This document shows positions 28,984 to 38,028 of a stretch of DNA of 50,740 nucleotides, one piece after another. Origin of the DNA: an uncultured Microbacterium sp. (GTDB lineage Bacteria > Actinomycetota > Actinomycetes > Actinomycetales > Microbacteriaceae). Position numbers and translations under genes: made by a program. The notes below the pieces were generated by a model, which saw nothing but the letters and a program-made list of their open reading frames with translations, was not told the DNA's origin and did not search any database. The stretch is taken from positions 1 to 50,740 of the forward strand of contig CALANM010000091.1 in assembly GCA_937926065.1 (NCBI GenBank). The letters are read 5' to 3'. How positions within the stretch are numbered: the stretch's first letter is position 1; every line of letters starts with the position of its first letter.

Positions 28984-30033
28984 TCAGCCGTCCTCGGTGC
29001 GTGCGCCGAAGACGATCTCATCCCACGAGGGCATGGACGTGCGGCCCTTGCGCCGGCCGCCGTCGGAGGGAGCCGCCGCCTCAGGCTCCGTGTGCTGCTC
29101 AGGCGCCGCGGGCGGCTCCGACTCGTCGGCGGGGGCGTCGTCGTAACCGGGTTCGAGAGCGTCGAACAGCGCGACGGGAGACGATGACGAGGCGCGCGGC
29201 TCGGCGTCCGTGGAGTCGCCGGGCATCGACTCGCGCTGACCGCGGCGACGACGCAGCGCCTCGAGCAGGTCGGCGGTCTCGGTCGAGGTCACGCCCTGCG
29301 CGGGCGCGCGCTTGATCGCGGCCTGCTGCACCGCGGGGGAGACGGGTTCGCGCACTTCGGGCGACTCGATGTCGGCTTCGGGCAGGCGTCGCGGTCCGAA
29401 TGCGCCGCTGTCGAAGCGGGAGGCGTCCTTCACGCCGCTCGTGTCCAGCGCGCGCAGCCGGGGGATGAGACCCTCGGGAAGCGAGCCCTGACGCGAGAGC
29501 TGCGTGGCGTCGGCGTTCTGCGGCGACAGGGTCGAGCGGCGGGGGTCGAATGACCAGCGGGCGTCGTGCTCGACGTCGTTCGCCGTGAACTCGAGCTTGA
29601 CGACCCAGCCGGACTGCTCCCGCCAGCTCGTCCAGCGTTCGCCTACGGCTCCCGCCTCTGCGAGCTTCGCGCGCACCGCGGCGCCGAAGGTCGGCTGCGC
29701 ATCGGGGTCGAGCTCGCCGCTGATGAGCACGGGCACCGCGAGCGCCTGACCGACGATGTGCTCGCGCTCCGCGAGCACGGGGCCTTCGTATCGGGCGACG
29801 TCCTCGACGCGGATGCCGAGCAGGTTCGCCACCTCTTCGGCCGACAGTCCCGCGCGGATGTGCGCCTGGATGTCGCGAGGGCTCGGACGCGGCCCACGGG
29901 ACTCCGGGTCTTTCGTCGCGCGCCTCAGCTGCGAGCGCAGCGTCTCGTCGACGGCCAGCGAGAAGCGGTCGCCCGACTCTGTGGCGAGCACGAGCACGCC
30001 GTCTTCGACGCCGATGACTTTGAGCTGTTCCAT
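28984..30033 (-). CDS. sepH: Septation protein SepH (DUF3071)
   Basis: SPRDIQAHIRAG, RYEGPVLAERE, C-terminal MPSWDEIVFG. ATG 30033 follows GGAGG. Confidence 0.88.
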   Translation of the reverse strand: MEQLKVIGVEDGVLVLATESGDRFSLAVDETLRSQLRRATKDPESRGPRPSPRDIQAHIRAGLSAEEVANLLGIRVEDVARYEGPVLAEREHIVGQALAVPVLISGELDPDAQPTFGAAVRAKLAEAGAVGERWTSWREQSGWVVKLEFTANDVEHDARWSFDPRRSTLSPQNADATQLSRQGSLPEGLIPRLRALDTSGVKDASRFDSGAFGPRRLPEADIESPEVREPVSPAVQQAAIKRAPAQGVTSTETADLLEALRRRRGQRESMPGDSTDAEPRASSSSPVALFDALEPGYDDAPADESEPPAAPEQHTEPEAAAPSDGGRRKGRTSMPSWDEIVFGARTEDG

Positions 30034-30285
30034 GCGAAACACGCCTCCCGTTCCTGCCTGACGCTTCATGGTGTCACAGGGCTCGGAGGACGGCGGGAAT
30101 ATCCCGCGCGCGCCGCGAGTTTGACGCGATGCATCGGCTGAGAAGCGCAGCTCAGCCGCACGACGACCCCGACCCGCCCGGAATGCGGTCGAGCGGCATT
30201 TGCGAAAAACAGTCCAGTCGTGCAAACTGTGGCCGCCCGAAATCGCTCCGGCGATAAACACCCCTGGAAGTAGAGACGTTCGACA

Positions 30286-30579
30286 ATGGCAACGGATTAC
30301 GACGCCCCCCGCAAGACCGAGGACGACAGCGAGTCGATCGAGGCCCTGAAGGAGCGCGTGCCCGACAAGCTGTCGGGATCTGTCGACGCTGAGGATGCCG
30401 ACAACCCGTCCGGCTTCGAGCTGCCGGGCGCGGACCTGTCCGACCTCGAGCTCGACGTCGTCGTCCTCCCCCCGCAGGAGGACGAGTTCACCTGCGTCGA
30501 GTGCTTCCTCGTGAAGCACCGGACGCAGATCGACCACGAGACGGCCGCCGGCGCCGTGTGCGTCGAGTGCGCCGCCTGA
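30286..30579 (+). CDS. DUF4193 family protein
   Basis: MATDYDAPRK, FELPGADLS, DEFTCVECFLVKH...CVEC. Confidence 0.9.
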   Translation: MATDYDAPRKTEDDSESIEALKERVPDKLSGSVDAEDADNPSGFELPGADLSDLELDVVVLPPQEDEFTCVECFLVKHRTQIDHETAAGAVCVECAA

Positions 30580-30611
30580 CGGCAGCCCTCACCGCTGACC
30601 GCTGAATCGGC

Positions 30612-31130
30612 TCAGGCGACTTCTCCGGAGGTCGCCTGAGCCTTTGATTTTGCGGCGACGTCGGCGCGGGCGCGCCGCAGCACGGCTGCCACCCGGTCGG
30701 GCGTGCGGGTGGAGAACACCCATTCGGTGGTCGGGTCGCGCGGGTCGTGCAGGGGCACGCGCACGACACCGTCGACGCCCGGACGCAGCATGTGCCACGC
30801 GCTCCGCGAGAGTCCCGGACCGCGGACATGGCGAGCTTCCTCGCCGACCAGCGCGACGGGATCGCCGAGCAGGTGGACGGACACATGGGCGCGTCCCACG
30901 CGAAGCTCTCCATCGTCGACGGCGATGACGGGCGCGATCGCGACGAGGCCGGCCACGACGGCGAAGCCGACGAGGATTCCCGTGACGAGTGCGACGGTGG
31001 GGTCGATCGGCACGAACACGAGTGCGGCCATCGGCGCGGTCACGGCCGCCGACACGAGCACCCACAACGAGGGGGTCAGCCGCTCGCGATAGGACGGTGA
31101 GGGCCTCAGGTCGCTCGTCATGTTGTGCAT
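30612..31130 (-). CDS. DUF3093 family membrane protein
   Basis: YRERLTPS, two TM helices, DPRDPTTEWVFSTRTP; divergent from dut. Start is 31130 or 31121. Confidence 0.85.
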   Translation of the reverse strand: MHNMTSDLRPSPSYRERLTPSLWVLVSAAVTAPMAALVFVPIDPTVALVTGILVGFAVVAGLVAIAPVIAVDDGELRVGRAHVSVHLLGDPVALVGEEARHVRGPGLSRSAWHMLRPGVDGVVRVPLHDPRDPTTEWVFSTRTPDRVAAVLRRARADVAAKSKAQATSGEVA

Positions 31131-31142
31131 TACCCTCATGGA

Positions 31143-31592
31143 GTGATCCAAAGTGTGGACGTTCCCATCATCGCATCGCATGTGCCGGTCTACGCCCACC
31201 CCGGCGACGCCGGGGCCGACCTCGTCTCGACCGAGCCGGTGCGCCTCGAGCCGGGTCAGCGCGCGCTCGTGGGCACCGGAGTGCGCATCGCCCTTCCCGA
31301 GGGCTACGTCGCGTTCGTCGTTCCGAGGAGCGGCCTGGCGGCCAGACACGGCATCACGATCGTGAACGCGCCGGGCACGGTCGACGCCGGCTACCGCGGC
31401 GAGATCAAGGTCGCGCTGCTCAACACCGACGCGACTGAGCCCTACGACATCGCGCCGGGGGACCGGATCGCTCAACTGATCGTCATGCCCGTGCCGCGGG
31501 CCACCTTCATCCCCGTCGACGAGCTGCCCGAGAGCGCGCGAGGAGAGGGTGGCTTCGGCTCCACCGGATATCAGACAGGAACCCTCTCATGA
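31143..31592 (+). CDS. dut: dUTP diphosphatase
   Basis: GDAGADL, PRSGLA, GTVDAGYRGE, RIAQL, RGEGGFGSTG. Confidence 0.97.
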   Translation: MIQSVDVPIIASHVPVYAHPGDAGADLVSTEPVRLEPGQRALVGTGVRIALPEGYVAFVVPRSGLAARHGITIVNAPGTVDAGYRGEIKVALLNTDATEPYDIAPGDRIAQLIVMPVPRATFIPVDELPESARGEGGFGSTGYQTGTLS

Positions 31593-32167
31593 CCGACGCC
31601 AGCAAGGCCGCGCCGGCCGACCGTGCGACGGCCGGCCCCTTCGACGAATCCGAAGCGAACCCCGTGCGACCGTACATCGACCTCGGCGGCATCAAGATCC
31701 TCCCGCGTGAGGGCCTCAATCTGCGTCTCGAGGTCGAGGAGCAGACCAAGCGCATCGTCGCCGTCGGCCTCGACTACGCCGACTCGACGCTTCAGGTGCA
31801 GCCGTTCGCGGCGCCCCGCTCCAGCGGGCTGTGGGACGAGACGCGCGAGCAGATCCGTCAGCAGATCCGTCAGCAGGGCGGCCGTGTCGAGGAGCGCGAG
31901 GGCCCGCTCGGGCACGAGCTCCTCGCCGAGGTGCCCGTCGCCGGGCCCGAGGGAACCGCCGGCAAGCGCATCGCGCGCTTCGTCGGCGTCGACGGACCGC
32001 GCTGGTTCCTGCGTGGCGTGATCGGGGGAGCCGCGGCAGGAGACGTCGAGGCGGCCGCGAAGATCGAAGACCTCTTTCGCTCGATCGTCGTGGTTCGCGG
32101 CGGCACGCCGATGCCCCCTCGCGACCTCATCCCGCTCAAGATGCCGGCTTCGCCCGGCGCCGCGTGA
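31589..32167 (+). CDS. DUF3710 family protein
   Basis: GPFD, DLGG, FAAPRSSGLW, RFVGVDGPRWFLRG; directly after dut. Confidence 0.88.
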   Translation: MTDASKAAPADRATAGPFDESEANPVRPYIDLGGIKILPREGLNLRLEVEEQTKRIVAVGLDYADSTLQVQPFAAPRSSGLWDETREQIRQQIRQQGGRVEEREGPLGHELLAEVPVAGPEGTAGKRIARFVGVDGPRWFLRGVIGGAAAGDVEAAAKIEDLFRSIVVVRGGTPMPPRDLIPLKMPASPGAA

Positions 32168-32946
32168 GCGGCGCGCACGCGGGCGACGGCGCTGCGCCCG
32201 AAGAGCCCGCTCGCGAGCCGTCCCGTCCGTCCGAGACCCCGCCGTCCGCTCCTGAGCCGACGGCCCAGGAGCTGATCGCCCAGGCGCTCGGCGGCGCCGC
32301 GCGCAAGGCGGGGCTTGACCCCGCCGCAGAGGCGTCGACGGGGCACGTCGTCTGGCACGCGATGGGCGGATGGCGTGGCGTCCTCGAGTCGGTGCTGCCC
32401 GGCCTCGCCTTCGTGCTGCTGTTCACGTTCACCAGGGAGCTCGTGCTCTCGCTGGTGGTGTCGGTGGGCATCGCCGCGGTGTTCACGGTGATCCGTCTCG
32501 TGCAGCGCTCGACCATGAGCGCCGCGATCGGCGGTCTGGTCGCGACGGCTGCGGCGGCTGCGCTCGCCCTCCTGACCGGTCGCGGCGAGGACAACTTCGT
32601 CCCGGGCCTGATCACGAACGCCGTCTACGGAAGCGCCTTCCTCATCTCGGCGCTCATCGGCTGGTCGATCATCGGCCTGGCAGCGGGCTTCCTCATGAAC
32701 GAAGGCACCGCGTGGCGGGCTGATCGTCGCAAGCGACGGGTCTACTTCTGGCTCGCGATCGCCTGGGCGGCGCTCTTCTTCACGCGACTCGCCGTGCAGC
32801 TGCCGCTGTATTTTGCGGGCGATGTCGCGACCCTCGGGACGCTCAAGCTCGTCATGGGGCTGCCACTGTTCGCCCCGCTCGTGGCGGTCACGTGGCTCGC
32901 CGTCCGCTCGCTCTATCCGCGCCGGGAATCGCTGTCCTCCACGTGA
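32164..32946 (+). CDS. DUF3159 family membrane protein
   Basis: MGGWRGVLES, RLAVQLPLY, KLVMGLP. GTGA overlap with DUF3710. Confidence 0.87.
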   Translation: MSGAHAGDGAAPEEPAREPSRPSETPPSAPEPTAQELIAQALGGAARKAGLDPAAEASTGHVVWHAMGGWRGVLESVLPGLAFVLLFTFTRELVLSLVVSVGIAAVFTVIRLVQRSTMSAAIGGLVATAAAAALALLTGRGEDNFVPGLITNAVYGSAFLISALIGWSIIGLAAGFLMNEGTAWRADRRKRRVYFWLAIAWAALFFTRLAVQLPLYFAGDVATLGTLKLVMGLPLFAPLVAVTWLAVRSLYPRRESLSST

Positions 32947-32949
32947 TAG

Positions 32950-32973
32950 ATTTATCTCGACATCGAGATAAAT
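32950..32973. promoter_or_regulatory. Palindromic operator upstream of aconitase (TamR-like)
   Basis: ATTTATCTCGA-CA-TCGAGATAAAT, perfect 11-bp arms, AT-rich against a high-GC background. Confidence 0.75.
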
Positions 32974-33078
32974 TGCCGCGGTCTTCGGTTAGGCCAGCCT
33001 CACTAGCCTGCGCTCGACAGCCGCGCAAAGATGGATGAGGCAGGCCGAGCGCCTGCACCGCCGACGAAGGAGACAGAC

Positions 33079-35940
33079 GTGTCGACAGTTGACAGCTTCG
33101 GTGCAAAGAGCACCCTGAAAGTCGGAGATGCCGACTACGAGATCTTCCGTATCGACACCGTCGCCGGTTACGAGAAGCTCCCGTACAGCCTCAAGATCCT
33201 GCTCGAGAACCTGCTTCGCACCGAAGACGGCGCGAACGTCACCAAGGCGCAGATCGAGGCCCTCGGGGGATGGAACCCCGACGCAGAGCCCGACACCGAG
33301 ATCCAGTTCACGCCGGCCCGCGTGGTCATGCAGGACTTCACCGGTGTGCCCTGCATCGTCGACCTCGCAACGATGCGCGAGGCTGTCACGGCGCTCGGCG
33401 GCGACCCGAACAAGATCAATCCGCTCTCGCCCGCTGAGATGGTCATCGACCACTCGGTGATCGCCGACCTGTTCGGGCGCGAGGACGCGCTCGAGCGCAA
33501 CGTCGAGATCGAGTATGAGCGCAACGGCGAGCGATACCAGTTCCTGCGCTGGGGTCAGACGGCATTCGACGACTTCAAGGTCGTCCCGCCGGGCACCGGC
33601 ATCGTGCACCAGGTCAACATCGAGCACCTCGCCAAGGTCGTCTACGACCGCAAGGTCGACGGCGTGCTGCGTGCCTACCCCGACACCTGCGTCGGCACCG
33701 ACTCGCACACCACGATGGTCAACGGCCTGGGCGTCCTGGGGTGGGGCGTCGGCGGCATCGAGGCGGAGGCCGCGATGCTCGGCCAGCCCGTATCGATGCT
33801 CATTCCGCGCGTCGTCGGCTTCAAGCTCACGGGCGAGATCCCCGCCGGAGTGACCGCGACAGACGTCGTGCTGACGATCACCGACATGCTGCGCAAGCAC
33901 GGCGTCGTCGGCAAGTTCGTGGAGTTCTACGGCGAGGGCGTCGCCCAGGTGCCGCTGGCCAACCGCGCCACCATCGGCAACATGAGCCCCGAGTTCGGCT
34001 CGACCGCGGCGATGTTCCCCGTCGACGACGTGACGCTGGACTACCTGCGTCTCACCGGTCGCGACGAGCAGACCGTCGCCCTGGTGGAGGCGTACGCCAA
34101 GGAGCAGTCGCTGTGGCACGATCCGTCGCGCGAGCTGGTCTTCAGCGAGTACATGGAGCTCGACCTGTCCACGGTCGTCCCGTCCATCGCCGGCCCCAAG
34201 CGCCCGCAGGACCGCATCCTGCTGTCCGAGGCCAAGGAGCAGTTCCAGAAGGACATCCTCAACTACGCACAGCCGACCGAAGAGGACTCGGTGGAGCTCG
34301 AGGGCACCTTCCCGGCATCCGACCCCGGTGTCGCGCCCGGCCAGGACCACGAGCACATCTCCGAGGACGGCGTCTCGCACCAGCATGAGCGCGAGCACCC
34401 GGTCGTGCTGACCAGCGGCGACCGCCACGCCGCGTCCAAGCCTGTGCGCGTGACCACTCCGGACGGCGAGGCCTACCTCCTCGACAACGGCGCGGTCACC
34501 CTCGCGGCCATCACGTCGTGCACCAACACGTCGAACCCGTCGGTCATGATCGCGGCGGGCCTGCTCGCCAAGAAGGCCGTCGACAAAGGCCTCAAGCGCA
34601 AGCCGTGGGTCAAGACCACGCTCGGCCCCGGGTCGAAGGTCGTCACGGACTACTACGAGAAGTCCGGCCTCGACAAGGCGCTCGAGGGCCTGGACTTCTA
34701 CACGGTCGGCTACGGCTGCACCATCTGCATCGGCAACTCGGGTCCGCTCATCGACGAGGTGTCGGCCGCGATCAACGAGAACGACCTCGCCGTCACCGCG
34801 GTGCTCTCCGGCAACCGCAACTTCGAGGGTCGCATCAGCCCCGACGTCAAGATGAACTACCTCGCGTCGCCGCCGCTCGTGGTCGCGTACGCGCTGGCCG
34901 GCTCGATGAACTTCGACTTCGAGACCGACCCGCTCGGGAAGGACTCCCAGGGCAACGACGTCTTCCTGAAGGACATCTGGCCTTCGCCGGAAGAGGTCCA
35001 GGAGGTCATCGACAACTCGATCTCGCGTGAGCAGTTCATCAAGCAGTATGCGACGGTCTTCGACGGCGACGAGCGCTGGCGCAACCTGCCGACGCCCACC
35101 GGGCCGGTCTTCGAGTGGGACGAGAACTCCACCTACGTCCGCAAGGCGCCGTACTTCGACGGCATGGGCCTCGAGCCCGAGCCGATCACCGACATCACGG
35201 GCGCACGCGTCATGGCGACTCTCGGCGACTCGGTGACGACCGACCACATCAGCCCCGCCGGCAACATCAAGGCCGGAACGCCCGCCGCTCAGTACCTCAC
35301 CGAGCACGGCGTCGCGCAGAAGGACTTCAACTCCTACGGTTCGCGCCGTGGAAACCACGAGGTCATGATCCGCGGCACCTTCGCGAACATCCGCCTGAAG
35401 AACGAGATGGTCGCCGCGGTCAACGACGGCCAGATCGTCGAGGGCGGCTACACGCGCGACTTCACCCTCGAGGGCGGTCCGCAGTCGTACATCTACGACG
35501 CGTGCATGAACTATCAGGCCCAGGGCACCCCGCTCGTCGTGTTCGGCGGCAAGGAGTACGGCTCCGGCTCGTCGCGTGACTGGGCTGCCAAGGGCACGCG
35601 CCTGCTGGGCGTCAAGGCGGTCATCACCGAGAGCTTCGAGCGCATCCACCGTTCGAACCTGATCGGCATGGGCGTCGTCCCGCTGCAGTTCCCGGAGGGC
35701 GAGAGCTGGAAGTCGCTCGGCCTCGACGGCACCGAGATCGTCTCGATCGAGGGCCTGGAGCAGCTCAACGAGGGCGTCACCCCCAAGACCGTCAAGGTCA
35801 CTGCCGAGCCGAGCGAGTTCTCGCCTGAGGGCAAGGAGACGATCGTCTTCGACGCGAAGGTGCGCATCGACACGCCCGGTGAAGCCGACTACTACCGCAA
35901 CGGCGGCATCCTGCAGTACGTGCTTCGCTCGCTCGTCTGA
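33079..35940 (+). CDS. acnA: Aconitate hydratase A
   Basis: [65 protein letters not shown] 33079 follows AAGGAG. Confidence 0.97.
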   Translation: MSTVDSFGAKSTLKVGDADYEIFRIDTVAGYEKLPYSLKILLENLLRTEDGANVTKAQIEALGGWNPDAEPDTEIQFTPARVVMQDFTGVPCIVDLATMREAVTALGGDPNKINPLSPAEMVIDHSVIADLFGREDALERNVEIEYERNGERYQFLRWGQTAFDDFKVVPPGTGIVHQVNIEHLAKVVYDRKVDGVLRAYPDTCVGTDSHTTMVNGLGVLGWGVGGIEAEAAMLGQPVSMLIPRVVGFKLTGEIPAGVTATDVVLTITDMLRKHGVVGKFVEFYGEGVAQVPLANRATIGNMSPEFGSTAAMFPVDDVTLDYLRLTGRDEQTVALVEAYAKEQSLWHDPSRELVFSEYMELDLSTVVPSIAGPKRPQDRILLSEAKEQFQKDILNYAQPTEEDSVELEGTFPASDPGVAPGQDHEHISEDGVSHQHEREHPVVLTSGDRHAASKPVRVTTPDGEAYLLDNGAVTLAAITSCTNTSNPSVMIAAGLLAKKAVDKGLKRKPWVKTTLGPGSKVVTDYYEKSGLDKALEGLDFYTVGYGCTICIGNSGPLIDEVSAAINENDLAVTAVLSGNRNFEGRISPDVKMNYLASPPLVVAYALAGSMNFDFETDPLGKDSQGNDVFLKDIWPSPEEVQEVIDNSISREQFIKQYATVFDGDERWRNLPTPTGPVFEWDENSTYVRKAPYFDGMGLEPEPITDITGARVMATLGDSVTTDHISPAGNIKAGTPAAQYLTEHGVAQKDFNSYGSRRGNHEVMIRGTFANIRLKNEMVAAVNDGQIVEGGYTRDFTLEGGPQSYIYDACMNYQAQGTPLVVFGGKEYGSGSSRDWAAKGTRLLGVKAVITESFERIHRSNLIGMGVVPLQFPEGESWKSLGLDGTEIVSIEGLEQLNEGVTPKTVKVTAEPSEFSPEGKETIVFDAKVRIDTPGEADYYRNGGILQYVLRSLV

Positions 35941-35948
35941 GCGGACGC

Positions 35949-35988
35949 CAGGAAAGCCCCGACCTGTCGCCAGGTCGGGGCTTTCCTG
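35949..35988 (+). terminator. Intrinsic terminator after acnA
   Basis: CAGGAAAGCCCCGACCTG-TCGC-CAGGTCGGGGCTTTCCTG, perfect 18-bp stem. Confidence 0.88.
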
Positions 35989-36014
35989 TTGAAGGGGCGC
36001 TCTAGAATCGAGGG

Positions 36015-37973
36015 ATGAGTCTGCTCGCGTCGATCACCGGTCCCCGCGATCTCGATGGCCTGTCCACCGAGCAGCTGGTCGATCTGGCGCAGGAGATCCG
36101 CGAGTTCCTCGTCGAGAACGTCTCCCGCACCGGCGGCCACCTGGGTCCGAACCTCGGGGTCGTGGAGCTCACGCTCGCCATCCACCGCGTCTTCGACTCG
36201 CCGAATGACCCGATCGTGTTCGACACCGGTCATCAGTCGTACGTGCACAAGCTGGTGACCGGCCGTCAGGACTTCAGCCGGCTGCGATCGCGCGGCGGGC
36301 TGGCCGGCTACCCGCAGCGCTCCGAGAGCCCTCACGACGTCGTCGAGTCGTCGCACGCCTCGAGCTCGCTGAGCTGGGCCGACGGCATCTCCCGCGCGCT
36401 CATCCGCACGGGACGCTCCGACCGTCACGTCGTGGCCGTCGTGGGCGATGGGTCGCTCACGGGCGGGATGACGTGGGAGGCGCTCAACAACATCTCCGAC
36501 GACAACAACCGCAACCTCGTCATCGTCGTGAACGACAACGGCCGCTCGTACGCGCCGACGATCGGCGGCATGGCCCGCTATCTGAACCGGGTGCGCACGA
36601 CCTCCGGCTACGAGAGCCTCCGCCGCGGCTCCGACTCGCTGTTCCGGCGCTTCGGCCCGATCGGACGCGCGATCTATCGCGGCGTGCGCGGCGGCACGCA
36701 CGGCTTCCTCTCGCGGTTCACGAACAACGCCGCGCTGTACTCCAACCTCGACATCAAGTACCTCGGACCTGTCGACGGGCATGACCTCGAGGCGCTCCTC
36801 GAGACGCTGCAGCTCGCGAAGGACTACCGCGCGCCCGTCATCGTGCACGTCATCACCGAGAAGGGGCGCGGGTACGAGCCGGCTCGCAACGACGATGTCG
36901 ACCAGTTCCACGCGGTCGGCAAGATCGATCCCGTCACCGGTGAGCCGATCGGGTCCTCCGACAGCGTGGCATGGACCGATGTGTTCGCGGAGTCGCTCGT
37001 GGCCGCGGGCGAGCGACGCGATGACATCATCGCGATGACGGCCGCGATGCTCCGGCCCACGGGGCTCCTGCCGTTCGCGCAGCGCTTCCCCGATCGCGTC
37101 TACGACGTCGGAATCGCCGAGCAGCACGCTGTGGCATCCGCGGCGGGTCTCGCCTTCGGCGGCCTGCATCCCGTCGTCGCGATGTACGCGACGTTCATGA
37201 ACCGCGCGTTCGACCAGGTGATGATGGATGTCGCGCTGCACCGCGCCGGTGTGACGTTCGTGCTCGACCGATCGGGCGTCACGGGCCCTGACGGGCCCAG
37301 TCACCACGGCATCTGGGATCTGGCGATGCTGCAGCTCGTTCCGGGCATCCGCATCGCGGCGCCGCGCGATGCCGCGCGTCTCAAGGAGGAGTTCGACGAG
37401 GCGATCGCGATCGACGACGCGCCGACCGTCGTGCGGTTCCCAAAGGGCGCCGTCTCCCCGGAGCTCCCGCAGCTCGAGCGCCTCGAAGACGGCGTCGACG
37501 TGCTGTTCCGTGCCGGGGCCGACGACGTGCTCATCGTCGGCATCGGCACCATGGCGCACCTCGGTGTCGAGGTCGCCGCGCGTCTGCAGGCGCAGGGGAT
37601 CGGGGCGACGGTCGTCGACCCGCGCTGGGTCATTCCCGTCGCACCCTCGATCGTGTCGCTCGCGGAGCGTCACCGGCTCGTGATCACGCTCGAGGACGGC
37701 ATCCGCGTAGGCGGCATCGGCACGCGTGTGCGTCAGGTGCTCCGCGAGGCGGGTGTCGACACGGCCGTCGATGAGCTCGGGCTGCCCGACGCGTTCATCG
37801 ACCACGCTTCGCGCGAGCAGATCCTCGAGGACGCCGGTCTGTCGGCGGCCAAGATCTCGCAGGACATCGTCGCGCAGGTGCTGGGAACCCGCATCCCCGT
37901 GGCCCGCCCTTCCGCTGACACGGCGGCGCTGTGGCTGCCGGCCCCGGGAGAGACGCGGCCGCAGTCCCGCTGA
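36015..37973 (+). CDS. dxs: 1-deoxy-D-xylulose-5-phosphate synthase
   Basis: GGHLGPNLG, DTGHQSYVHK, GDGSLTGGMTWEALNN, GIAEQHA, DGPSHHG. Confidence 0.97.
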   Translation: MSLLASITGPRDLDGLSTEQLVDLAQEIREFLVENVSRTGGHLGPNLGVVELTLAIHRVFDSPNDPIVFDTGHQSYVHKLVTGRQDFSRLRSRGGLAGYPQRSESPHDVVESSHASSSLSWADGISRALIRTGRSDRHVVAVVGDGSLTGGMTWEALNNISDDNNRNLVIVVNDNGRSYAPTIGGMARYLNRVRTTSGYESLRRGSDSLFRRFGPIGRAIYRGVRGGTHGFLSRFTNNAALYSNLDIKYLGPVDGHDLEALLETLQLAKDYRAPVIVHVITEKGRGYEPARNDDVDQFHAVGKIDPVTGEPIGSSDSVAWTDVFAESLVAAGERRDDIIAMTAAMLRPTGLLPFAQRFPDRVYDVGIAEQHAVASAAGLAFGGLHPVVAMYATFMNRAFDQVMMDVALHRAGVTFVLDRSGVTGPDGPSHHGIWDLAMLQLVPGIRIAAPRDAARLKEEFDEAIAIDDAPTVVRFPKGAVSPELPQLERLEDGVDVLFRAGADDVLIVGIGTMAHLGVEVAARLQAQGIGATVVDPRWVIPVAPSIVSLAERHRLVITLEDGIRVGGIGTRVRQVLREAGVDTAVDELGLPDAFIDHASREQILEDAGLSAAKISQDIVAQVLGTRIPVARPSADTAALWLPAPGETRPQSR

Positions 37974-38028
37974 CGCCGCGCCGCGGGCGGGGAGACAGCA
38001 CCGGGCGCCTGCATGAAAGCATGGACGC

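Noticed and set aside
30182-30228. Short inverted repeats (AATGC/GCATT, TTTGC/GCAAA) upstream of DUF4193
   Set aside because: More simply explained as a housekeeping promoter, TTGCGA-N17-CAAACT; the arms are only 5 bp.
31849-31876. Tandem 12-nt repeat GCAGATCCGTCA
   Set aside because: Only about two copies, in frame (QIRQQIRQQ) within DUF3710; not a CRISPR or VNTR.
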